From IMG/VR virus record IMGVR_UViG_3300045533_000060: 64,000 bases of DNA; one strand, written 5' to 3'. The DNA is from an uncultured virus (IMG/VR IMGVR_UViG_3300045533_000060). Lineage: Duplodnaviria > Heunggongvirae > Uroviricota > Caudoviricetes. The notes beneath the pieces are model-generated. The model was given only the letters and a program-made list of their open reading frames with translations, had not been told where the DNA came from and ran no database searches. The translations under genes and the position numbers were made by a program. Of the stretch, positions 49,495-58,461 are shown in pieces; position 1 is the stretch's first letter, and each line of letters opens with the position of its first letter.

Positions 49495-50552
49495 TCCTTT
49501 TCCTTTAGGAGCTTTAGCTCCACCATTTTATATGTATACGCTACATAATTATCGACGGTGTTTACTTGAATAGTTTCATAGTTCTTATTAAAATTTGGAA
49601 TTGGTGTACACATTGAATGATCAAAAAATTCTTGATTTAAAGTTTCGTATTTATTTTTCAGAACTACTTTTGGAGCTTTACCTACTTGTCCTATATTAAA
49701 AACAGATGGACCTAGAGGGCTTGCCGTATAGTAGCTTAGAGTGCTAATTCCCGCAGCTTCCAGAGTTTTTCTGATGCATAAAAAACATTTACTATTATAA
49801 GCCAAAGGTCCACTTTGAACACTTATAACCCCACCTTCCTCTAGTAAACCTTTCACTGCTCTATAAAATTCCACACTGTATAGTTTATTAAAAATTTCTT
49901 GATCGGGATCTGGAAAATCGCAAATTATAACATCGTACTTTCTTTCTAGCTTTGTCTCTCCCCAATCTCTAGATGTCACGTATCTCCAAGCATCTTCGTT
50001 TATAACTGTACATTTTGACATAGAACTTTCATTTAACTTACTTAGTAAAGGTTCATTAGTAAATAGACTCGTAATGGTTTCGTCAAAATCCACTAAGGTC
50101 ACTTCACAAGCTGGTGCTTCTTTAAAAATTTGTTTTGCCGCCAGCCCATCCCCACCTCCTAGAATTAAAATTCTTTGAGGAGCTTCTTTTAGACCTCCGA
50201 TAGCGGGACTTACTAGTGCCTCGTGATATGTTCTCTCGCAGTTAGTAGTAAATTGAACTTGGTTATTTATTAGCAGTGCATGGTCGTCATTTGAATCTTT
50301 TAGTAAGTGTATATCTTGGAATCCTTCGTTTGAATGGAATACAACTTGATAATCTTCTATTGGAGCAACTATTTCTTTTGCTTTTTGAGAAAATACGTCC
50401 ATCAATTCAAAATGCTCTTTTCTAATTTCTGTAGTAAGGGTGTATATCTGCCCCTCAATCATTTTTCCAATTGTTAAACTGTTAGGTTTTACTGAAAAAA
50501 ATAAATCTCCTATTTGAATTGTAAAATCTTTTCTAATAAATAAATGCTGCAT
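49491..50552 (-). CDS. speE: polyamine aminopropyltransferase (spermidine synthase family)
   Basis: QF...E..YHEALV.P, ILGGGDG, LVDFD, EDA, DVIICDFPDP, LYSVEFY. Confidence 0.9.
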   Translation of the reverse strand: MQHLFIRKDFTIQIGDLFFSVKPNSLTIGKMIEGQIYTLTTEIRKEHFELMDVFSQKAKEIVAPIEDYQVVFHSNEGFQDIHLLKDSNDDHALLINNQVQFTTNCERTYHEALVSPAIGGLKEAPQRILILGGGDGLAAKQIFKEAPACEVTLVDFDETITSLFTNEPLLSKLNESSMSKCTVINEDAWRYVTSRDWGETKLERKYDVIICDFPDPDQEIFNKLYSVEFYRAVKGLLEEGGVISVQSGPLAYNSKCFLCIRKTLEAAGISTLSYYTASPLGPSVFNIGQVGKAPKVVLKNKYETLNQEFFDHSMCTPIPNFNKNYETIQVNTVDNYVAYTYKMVELKLLKEKE

Positions 50553-50960
50553 ATTATCTCCTCAAGTATATTTTTCATCATCTACATCGTCTAGATTAAC
50601 CTCAACTATACTAGAATAAACTCCTAGATCTTCATTCTTTTCTTGTAGTTCATCCATAGCCTCCTCAATCTTAGACATCGCTACATCAACACTACTGTAA
50701 GCTCCTACGATAATAGTTTGGTCGTCAATTTCCGTAAGAGTTGCAATGAATACTTTCATAGGTTTCTCCTCACTTTTTTCTGTATAAGGACAGTGTGGTT
50801 GATAGCATGGAACTTTACAGAATGGGCAATTGCTCATATTAAAAAAAAGCTACCATCCAACAGTTTTTACCAAAATGAAAATCTAAAAATCTTTGGTTAT
50901 CTCTTTTCCAAAATACTATACCATATCTTGTTTGCTTTGGCGATTTCACTTTTAAAACTC

Positions 50961-51290
50961 TCATTTGTTCCTCACATATAAATTTTTTAAATCTATTAAA
51001 ACCGACCCCTCTGGAACGGCTTCTCTTTCACATGGTCCAAATTGAAGCAAAAACATTGAAATTTCTATATTCACCCTCTTATTAGTGATCCCTGTGTAGG
51101 TATGTCTTATATTTTTAGATAAAAACTGCGATAATTTTTTATAATCCTTTGGATTTACCGTAAATTTTGTAACGTCTAAGTTTTTTAAATCGTCAGATTT
51201 TCCTAAGGATTTCAAGCATTTACGATAAAAATCAATAACAGGGTTGCCTGTTTTTATCTTTAGTCTAGTAGGGAATTTTATAATTTTCAT
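50961..51290 (-). CDS. hypothetical protein
   Basis: Start reassigned to MKIIKF after GGAG RBS. Confidence 0.55.
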   Translation of the reverse strand: MKIIKFPTRLKIKTGNPVIDFYRKCLKSLGKSDDLKNLDVTKFTVNPKDYKKLSQFLSKNIRHTYTGITNKRVNIEISMFLLQFGPCEREAVPEGSVLIDLKNLYVRNK

Positions 51291-51329
51291 AAATGTCTCC
51301 TGTTTTATTATAACAAATGTACATAGGAG

Positions 51330-51542
51330 ATGCAAATGGTTTGTAAAACCTGCAAAGAAGATAAAGTTAAAGAGCCAATTGTTCGTAAGGATGTGACCCG
51401 ATTCATAGATCAATCGGGTCGTTTATGGAATGGTAAAGTTTGTCCCGATTGTTATAAAGCATACAACCGGGAACGTATGCGTCTTAAGAGGTTAGAACTA
51501 CTCCAGAAAGATGAAAATTCGCAGACTCTGAAGATCGAGTAA
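51330..51542 (+). CDS. lone plus-strand zinc-finger protein
   Basis: CKTC...CPDC; own TAACAAATGTA motif (51311) and AGGAG RBS. Confidence 0.7.
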   Translation: MQMVCKTCKEDKVKEPIVRKDVTRFIDQSGRLWNGKVCPDCYKAYNRERMRLKRLELLQKDENSQTLKIE

Positions 51543-51870
51543 AGCTGATATAAAACCCCGTAGCTTCTAAAATTATTTTCGTACTAATTTTTCCATTATC
51601 AAGTATAGATTTGCTTACTCTAGTCACTCGGAATGCTGTAGTTTTTAGTCTAGAAATTGCCAGCTCCCTTCCAATTTTTTTATTAAATGAATCTTTTGTA
51701 GAGCAAACCGACATTCCAAGTTTAATATCGCCTATCACTGTATTTATTTCCACCTTAGAAAGATCTGCTGATTCGATATTAACCGCTATAGTTGCTCCAC
51801 CTTTTGTTGAATCTCTAAGATGTTTAAACTGAATTGACATACTATCTCCTTTTAAAAATTTGAAATCCAA
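51484..51870 (-). CDS. conserved phage hypothetical protein
   Basis: GGATIA...CSTKDSFNKKIGRELA..R motif; start probably MSIQF. Confidence 0.65.
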   Translation of the reverse strand: MDFKFLKGDSMSIQFKHLRDSTKGGATIAVNIESADLSKVEINTVIGDIKLGMSVCSTKDSFNKKIGRELAISRLKTTAFRVTRVSKSILDNGKISTKIILEATGFYISFTRSSESANFHLSGVVLTS

Positions 51871-52124
51871 GAAACATATAGCCTACATTCGTGTTCTAAA
51901 GCTTTAAATTCAAAAACTCTACAATAAAATCCTTTTTTCCTAAGACTTTGTGCGAACCTTTCACCTTTCTTTTTTTCTACAAAAATTTCCATTTCGTACA
52001 TTCCAAGCTGAGCATGTAATTCTATTAATTGCAGTACATCTACTAAATTTAAGTAGACTAAATTTTCAGACATTCTAGAAATATTAGCCGCTTTCTTTTT
52101 TGTAAGCATAGAATCCTTATAAAC

Positions 52125-53978
52125 TTAGAAGGTCAGTTCGCATACTCCCCCGCTACACGCAAGCTGTTCTGCTCTATTAGTATTATCTTCTAACTCAAGT
52201 ACCTTTGTCAAATCTATTTCTCTAACCATTTTATCATACTTTTCAAATACTTCTTTAGTACAGTCTTCAAATGGAGCTTGTTGGTAAATAGCGTCTGAAA
52301 ATGGAAGCAAGCTTACAGCAGCATATTCGAATCTATCTTCCCATAGCTTATTAAAAAGAAAAGGCACTTCTTCTGGTTTATAGTTAATAGTACAGCTGAT
52401 GTTGTGAGTATTAGCTCCTGTACGATGTCCCGGAACTACCCAATTATTATAATAGTGTTTTACTCTATCAAACAACACAGCAGCACTTTCTTGATGTCTT
52501 GTAATTGCTCCAGAAGGCGATTCTTGAGGTATTGTAACCACGACTCCGCTAGGAGAGAAAATATCATCCTCTACTAACTCTGGTACAACTCTCATGAGAT
52601 ATCTGGCTAGTTCATCGTCTTTGTTCATTCGCACTCTTCGTAAGTAATAGTCATTGTGGCGAGCGTGGATTCCCGAGCTAGACCCAAGAACGCAGGAAGC
52701 CGTACCCTCAGGCTTGATAGCAGTAGTCCTAGAAGCGACATTAATTCCAATTTTTTTTGCGTAGGTTTCGTTGACTTCGAGCACCGTTTTAGCTGCACTT
52801 CTAAGCTGCTCTCCGGTGAGGTTAGATGAGTCTGCAATTCCGGTAAAAGAACATCCAATAAGAGCTTCTCTATCAGTGACATCTTTCCACTTTTGAGAAA
52901 GATAAGGGAAGTCAGTGAAGCCAGCTTGCAAAGTTCCAAGCAATGCGGCTGCATATACACGATTGTTAAAGTCCTTTTCATTTTTTATTCCAGTAAGATT
53001 AGTTGTCGTGAGGTTGCAAAACTGGTTTGATTGAAGACCAATTTCAGCACATGGATTAGTTCCCCATTCAATATCATTTGTCCAAAAAAATCCGGGTTCT
53101 CCAGCATTAGATGCAATGCACATGTCGTATACATTTTTAAATTCCTCAAATGTTGTTTGATGTCTCGGTAGTACAGCTGAATTATTAGCTCTTGCTCTAT
53201 GCGGATTCTTTTCCCACCAAGCCCCATGCTTAGAAGTTAACATTTCTGTGTCATCTCTATCAAAAAGAGATATTAATGCAGCTCTACGGATACCTCCGGA
53301 CAGTACACAATCTGCGATTAAACAGATAATGTCATGAACCTCTAAAGAAGTAAGATTTCTATCTATAGATTTAACAAGCATAGCCTCCACTTTCTCTAGC
53401 ATTTTTTTCAAAGGTTCCGGACCGGGGGCTTTAGCACCTGTGGTAACTAAATATGAACCTTTTTGTCTAACCTTACTAAAATCAAACTGAGGTCTGATCG
53501 CTCCAAAAAAATAAGAAGACATGAGTTGATTTAACGCCTCTGCCCATCCCTCAATAGAATCATGTACAACGTAAATTCCTTCCTCTTTTGGTTTTCGTAG
53601 TCTAGGAAGCTGTACTACATGATGCTTTTGAACAGAATATCCAAATCCTGTTCCTGAAAGTAACAAGAACAATGCTTCTGCAAAGATTCTAGGATATGTT
53701 ATGTTTGCAAAAGAGCAATTGAATAATCGTACGTTGTTTCTAGAGATGGCTTCTCCTCCAAATTGCAAAGATCGCATAGATGGCATAACATTAAAATCAT
53801 GGACTTGTTTGAATGCTTTGATAATATCTCTACTTAGCTTAGGATATTTATCAAGGTACATTGTCAAATTTCTATTGAGCGTTTCTTCCAGTGTTTCACG
53901 ACGATTAAAAGCATTTAAGTGTTTCGCATACGTACGATAAGCTACGATCTCGCTCAGAAGACGATTCGACTTGTTCAT
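52125..53978 (-). CDS. nrdJ: class II (B12-dependent) ribonucleotide reductase, monomeric-type
   Basis: PSMR, FNC, GGIRRAALI, TNPCAEI, CNL, KPEGT, C-terminal CSGGVCE; no nrdB-like gene seen. Confidence 0.92.
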   Translation of the reverse strand: MNKSNRLLSEIVAYRTYAKHLNAFNRRETLEETLNRNLTMYLDKYPKLSRDIIKAFKQVHDFNVMPSMRSLQFGGEAISRNNVRLFNCSFANITYPRIFAEALFLLLSGTGFGYSVQKHHVVQLPRLRKPKEEGIYVVHDSIEGWAEALNQLMSSYFFGAIRPQFDFSKVRQKGSYLVTTGAKAPGPEPLKKMLEKVEAMLVKSIDRNLTSLEVHDIICLIADCVLSGGIRRAALISLFDRDDTEMLTSKHGAWWEKNPHRARANNSAVLPRHQTTFEEFKNVYDMCIASNAGEPGFFWTNDIEWGTNPCAEIGLQSNQFCNLTTTNLTGIKNEKDFNNRVYAAALLGTLQAGFTDFPYLSQKWKDVTDREALIGCSFTGIADSSNLTGEQLRSAAKTVLEVNETYAKKIGINVASRTTAIKPEGTASCVLGSSSGIHARHNDYYLRRVRMNKDDELARYLMRVVPELVEDDIFSPSGVVVTIPQESPSGAITRHQESAAVLFDRVKHYYNNWVVPGHRTGANTHNISCTINYKPEEVPFLFNKLWEDRFEYAAVSLLPFSDAIYQQAPFEDCTKEVFEKYDKMVREIDLTKVLELEDNTNRAEQLACSGGVCELTF

Positions 53979-53992
53979 CCACTCTCCCTGTA

Positions 53993-54949
53993 TTAAGTTA
54001 ATTTTATTTCGATAGGTTTTCCAAAATGTTTTTTTATCATTTTGGTTTTCTCTACAACTATTTTAGCACATTCTTCAAATGATTTTCCAGTTTTTTTATG
54101 AAGAAAGCATAGCTCTCGGATATCTACAATTGGCATATTATTACTGACTTCTAATTCATTATCTGTGGCATCTCTTTTTAAATAAAGATTAATTAGTCTA
54201 TTTCTTGCAACTATATCTGGAAACTCTACTCTTACGAAAACATCAATTCTTCCATTTCTAATTACGTTTTCTGGAATTTCTTGTGGGTAGTTTGTAGATA
54301 AAAAATAAATAGCATTTGATAAAGATTTAGCTCCATCTAAAAAATCTAGCATGGTTCTAATATCTTCGGAACCTTCTAACATGGAGACTACTTCTTCAAA
54401 TACGAATATTTTAAGTTTATTCTTGGAAGATTGTTCGAGTTTTTCTAAAAATCTTCTAGTGGGGACTCCATCTAAAAATATAACAATTGAATCTTTTTGA
54501 TTCCTAATAAATTCTCGCAAATAAGAAGTCTTTCCTGTGCCCGGAGGTCCAAAAAGTAAGATTCCTAGTTTGTACAGAGACTTAGAGTCATCATACATGG
54601 ATTTATTTTCGATAAACTGCCTTATAGTTTCGTTCAAGTCATTCAAAGATCCTAGAAGCTCTACGTAGTTATCTTCTCTTATCTCCATTGGAGTCAATCT
54701 TTCAGGACTCGCACTTGATTGATATTCATGAGAATATATACCATGGGGTAAATCTATAGGATCTGTAGATGGAGTTGCTTTCTCATATACTTCAACTAGG
54801 TTTTCATTTATTAAATCAAATCCGCTAGAGCAATTATTTAAGTCCTTGACCATTTCACGAGTATCTTCGTAAAATTTTACAGTTGTTTTAGATTGCGCAA
54901 AGGGACTATAATAAGCTCCAGTAGGAGTCGTATATTTGTACCAATTCAT
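53993..54949 (-). CDS. AAA+ ATPase
   Basis: GILLFGPPGTGKT, FVFEEV, LDG, STN, R.GRID. Confidence 0.85.
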   Translation of the reverse strand: MNWYKYTTPTGAYYSPFAQSKTTVKFYEDTREMVKDLNNCSSGFDLINENLVEVYEKATPSTDPIDLPHGIYSHEYQSSASPERLTPMEIREDNYVELLGSLNDLNETIRQFIENKSMYDDSKSLYKLGILLFGPPGTGKTSYLREFIRNQKDSIVIFLDGVPTRRFLEKLEQSSKNKLKIFVFEEVVSMLEGSEDIRTMLDFLDGAKSLSNAIYFLSTNYPQEIPENVIRNGRIDVFVRVEFPDIVARNRLINLYLKRDATDNELEVSNNMPIVDIRELCFLHKKTGKSFEECAKIVVEKTKMIKKHFGKPIEIKLT

Positions 54950-55299
54950 ACATCTCCTATACTGGATTTTGTTTTATTTTTTCTTCTAGTTGCGTAATTA
55001 CAGCATCTATCTCTTCTCTTGCAGCTAAAGCTTCAACTTTCAAATCTTCTCGTTCTTCCTCTGATCTACTCGTGTCAGAGTCAATAAATTTTATAGTTTT
55101 GTCTAATGACATTTTTACAAATTCAGAAAACTCAACTATAGTTTCAGCATCAGATCTTTTTAAGTTTACATAAGCTGCATTTGTAGGCTGAATTGCTTTA
55201 TACAGTTCTGAAAATGCTTCTGCTAGTTCGGAATCATTTCCCCCAATAGCATTGTTTTCGGAAGCTCTCAGAATTTCTAGAAGAAGACTCCTTTGACTG

Positions 55300-55572
55300 T
55301 TATTCAAGTATAATTTCATCTTTTCTTTCCCCTTTATATGGTTCATTAAGTTTAGTAACAAGTTCCCTAGATGGCGTAAGTATTATAGTCCCCTTAGCTT
55401 CAGAATGAGTTCTGAAGAGTGTGCCTAATCCTTCGATTGTAATAAAACCATCATCTACTAAACTTTGCATTATCTCAAAGCAGATAACTTTAACCAACGC
55501 ATCACAGTCTTGTTTTGGAAGACCTGTTTTCTTAGACATTTTAGCTGCTAAATCAATCATGTGTAGATCCAA
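55300..55572 (-). CDS. HU/IHF-like DNA-binding protein
   Basis: DL...MSKKTGLPK......V...I...L......I.GLGT...TPS.EL. Confidence 0.75.
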   Translation of the reverse strand: MDLHMIDLAAKMSKKTGLPKQDCDALVKVICFEIMQSLVDDGFITIEGLGTLFRTHSEAKGTIILTPSRELVTKLNEPYKGERKDEIILE

Positions 55573-55967
55573 TGTCTCTTTCCAGATGGCTTGGCAGGTC
55601 TAACATCTACATGAATAAATTTTTTATCTCTACCGTCACCAATATTACTAAAAGTATTATAGCATATCTCATATAAAATATCCAAATCATCTAGTGTAAT
55701 TAATTTTGGAGAGATATCTGCAGCTAATCCGGCTAAATGAGAGCTACTTTTAGCCCCTCCTATTTTAACATTATGAGCTGGGCAGCGATAACCAGAGGTT
55801 ATTACAATAGGATTCCCATACTCTTCTCTAACTTTCTCTAAAAGCTCTAGTAATTCTAAGGATATATACTGATTAGCGTTCTTGCAGTCCTTACAAGGAC
55901 ATTCAAATTCTGAGCTGTTAAAATGCTTAGTCAGCTGCTTGTTTTCTTTCTTTTTAAAGGTTATCAT
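55557..55967 (-). CDS. peptidase M15A (candidate endolysin)
   Basis: HF..SEF.C, ITSGYRCPAHN, SSH..G.AADI, FIHVD. Confidence 0.88.
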   Translation of the reverse strand: MITFKKKENKQLTKHFNSSEFECPCKDCKNANQYISLELLELLEKVREEYGNPIVITSGYRCPAHNVKIGGAKSSSHLAGLAADISPKLITLDDLDILYEICYNTFSNIGDGRDKKFIHVDVRPAKPSGKRHWIYT

Positions 55968-56182
55968 AATTGTGCTCCCTATGCATAGTTGTTATAAGTT
56001 ATAGAAAAAATGCATTGCGTCACATGTGTTTTCAATTACTTGTATAAAGTTTACTTATTTTTAATCTAAATTAAATAAGGTAATCTATTTTATATTGAAT
56101 TTAGTGTAATATGTAGTATACTAATATTCGTATAGCAGCTCGCTTATGCTCGCTGCGTAAATTGCGTATTCTGTATAGATTT

Positions 56183-56212
56183 ATTATACATGGATATTTT
56201 TACTGTTGTCAA
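56183..56212 (-). promoter_or_regulatory. consensus sigma70-like promoter for the 45-56 kb leftward block
   Basis: TTGACA-N18-TATAAT on minus strand. Confidence 0.75.
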
Positions 56213-56233
56213 ATATATTTTTTATGTACAGAA

Positions 56234-56244
56234 TAACAAATATA
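56234..56244 (+). promoter_or_regulatory. putative late promoter motif TAACAAATATA
   Basis: Recurrent motif before the packaging operon. Confidence 0.7.
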
Positions 56245-56332
56245 GTTTGAGAGGATGTAAGTTCGACTGTTCCATTTGGAATAAATTTTTAAACAAGCGA
56301 TTAACACGGAATCTCATTTTAACATAGGAATT

Positions 56333-56620
56333 TTGATGCGAAATTATGATTATATATTCATATTAATGTGTCTCTTTGTGCTTAGAGTTACCTTGCTATC
56401 TGGATCTTTTGCAGATGTATTATGTCTAATAGGGATACTTGCCTATCACTTAGGAAGTAAGATTGTAGAGAATAATAAAGTCACAAATGAAGCTTTGGTT
56501 AGAATAGAAAGTAATCATAATCTTACGCAAGAACAAATTAAAGTAATCGCTGAAGAAGTTAATAAAGCTAAAGCAACTGCAGAAGGCGTTAAAGCAGCTA
56601 TTAATTTTAACAAGAGATAA
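56333..56620 (+). CDS. two-TM membrane protein with coiled coil (holin candidate)
   Basis: Two N-terminal hydrophobic segments. Confidence 0.45.
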   Translation: MMRNYDYIFILMCLFVLRVTLLSGSFADVLCLIGILAYHLGSKIVENNKVTNEALVRIESNHNLTQEQIKVIAEEVNKAKATAEGVKAAINFNKR

Positions 56621-56623
56621 AAA

Positions 56624-57025
56624 ATGAAGTATCCAGAGTTAAAAAAATATGATTCTCTAGAGGGACTTCAAAAGTTTACCGAAAAGCTTATTGATACCAC
56701 TACTGCTTTAAAAATGGAACTAGAGCAAGCTAAGGATAAACTTCGACACTTAGAAGAGATTGCTAAATTTTCAAACAATATAGCTGTGGGATCAAACGAA
56801 GAAGAATTGTGTAAGTTGGAGATAAGTAGACTTTACCAAGCTGCTAAAAACTCCCCTCTTGAATTTACTGAAGTAAAAGCCTTTGAGATATATGTGAAAT
56901 CTCTAATGCTAATTAGAGGAAAGAGTGCAGTTGAGGATAAAAAATCTAAAAAAGAGCCAGCCTTAAATCACGATCAACTGCTACAGCTCGCACTGCAGGT
57001 TGTAGATGACTCAAACGAACAATAA
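56624..57025 (+). CDS. hypothetical protein, terminase small subunit candidate
   Basis: Helical 133 aa protein overlapping the terL start; call from position only. Confidence 0.4.
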   Translation: MKYPELKKYDSLEGLQKFTEKLIDTTTALKMELEQAKDKLRHLEEIAKFSNNIAVGSNEEELCKLEISRLYQAAKNSPLEFTEVKAFEIYVKSLMLIRGKSAVEDKKSKKEPALNHDQLLQLALQVVDDSNEQ

Positions 57026-58439
57026 CCCCTTACAAATAAGTCCTCAACAAGCAAGAGAAATCCTTTGGCGAAAGGGTAAGATAACTGATTTTTTACTAGA
57101 CTCTAACCAAAAAGTATTGCGGGATCAAGTAAAATCTATAAAAAGAAAAACTCACGTTGCTGTTTTCTCACGGCAATCTGGAAAAAGCTATGGAGCGTTA
57201 GGATTAGCTGTAGAGGAACTTTTATCTAGAAACAATATAACGATATGTTATGTAGCTCCTAGGTTGAAACAAGGTAAGAAAATTGTAAAGGCTACTTTTG
57301 ATGAAATATTCAAATCTTGTCCCATAGAATTAAAACCAAAATTTGACAGAGACTCTTCTTCTTACGTGTTCCCTTCTACAAAAAGTAAACTAGAATTATA
57401 TGGATTTAATGCGGAAGAGATAGAATCTGCACGAGGTCCTAAAGCTCACATGATAATTGTAGATGAGTGCGGGTTTATGACAGATCTCAAGTACGGTCTT
57501 AGATCAGTTCTCTATCCTAAACTAAATACTACAAGAGGACCCATGATCCTCATTTCAACTTTACCGAAGTCCCAAGGACATGAATTTTGGGATCTTGTTA
57601 AAAAAGCTGAATTTGATGAAGTATTAATAAAAAGAAATATTTATGACTGTCCTCGATACACAAAAGAAGACATTGATGGATTTGCCGAGGAAGTAGGAGG
57701 TTACGACTCTGTAGACTTTCAGCGTGAATATCTGAATATTATGATAACAGACGAAGACCATGCTGTTATTCCAGAAGCTAACGATGCGACTTTGGCAAAA
57801 ATAGTAAAAGAATACCTAAGACCAGCATACTTTGATCCTTATGTTTCCATGGATATTGGAGTCAAGGATTTAACTGGTATACTATATGCATACTACGACT
57901 TTATTACTGGTAAGGTTGTAATTGAAGATGAGGCTACTTTTAGAGGTAGAAGTTTTACAACTGCTAATTTAGCTGTCTCAGTAAAGAAAACTGAAGAAAA
58001 TTTATGGGGATTAAAAAAGCCATTCCTAAGAGTTTCAGATAATAACAACTTGATTTTATTAAATGACTTAGGTATTGATTATGGAATAACTTTCATACCA
58101 ACTGCAAAAGATAATAAACATGCATGGATAAATCAGATAAGAATTTTAATTTCAGAAGAAAGGCTAATAATAAATCCAAAATGTAAACAGTTGATTTTTC
58201 ATTTAAAAAATGCAACATGGAATAAAAACAAAACTGAATATGAGCGATCTCTTGATGGAGGTCACTACGATTTAATAGATGCTCTAGCCTACTTGATTCG
58301 TAACATAGCGTATTCACGTAATCCATACCCTAAAGGGTATGGAATGATGCAGGGCGATTCTTACATAAGAGTACGAAATGAAGATAAATCATCTTTTGAG
58401 CAACATTTGATAAATATATTCTCTTATAAGAAGAATTAA
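57006..58439 (+). CDS. terL: terminase large subunit
   Basis: SRQSGKS Walker A, IIVDECG Walker B, ISTL, FQREY, MDIG..D, H.DLIDAL.Y. Confidence 0.95.
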   Translation: MTQTNNNPLQISPQQAREILWRKGKITDFLLDSNQKVLRDQVKSIKRKTHVAVFSRQSGKSYGALGLAVEELLSRNNITICYVAPRLKQGKKIVKATFDEIFKSCPIELKPKFDRDSSSYVFPSTKSKLELYGFNAEEIESARGPKAHMIIVDECGFMTDLKYGLRSVLYPKLNTTRGPMILISTLPKSQGHEFWDLVKKAEFDEVLIKRNIYDCPRYTKEDIDGFAEEVGGYDSVDFQREYLNIMITDEDHAVIPEANDATLAKIVKEYLRPAYFDPYVSMDIGVKDLTGILYAYYDFITGKVVIEDEATFRGRSFTTANLAVSVKKTEENLWGLKKPFLRVSDNNNLILLNDLGIDYGITFIPTAKDNKHAWINQIRILISEERLIINPKCKQLIFHLKNATWNKNKTEYERSLDGGHYDLIDALAYLIRNIAYSRNPYPKGYGMMQGDSYIRVRNEDKSSFEQHLINIFSYKKN

Positions 58440-58461
58440 ACAAATAATACTAGAGGTTACA

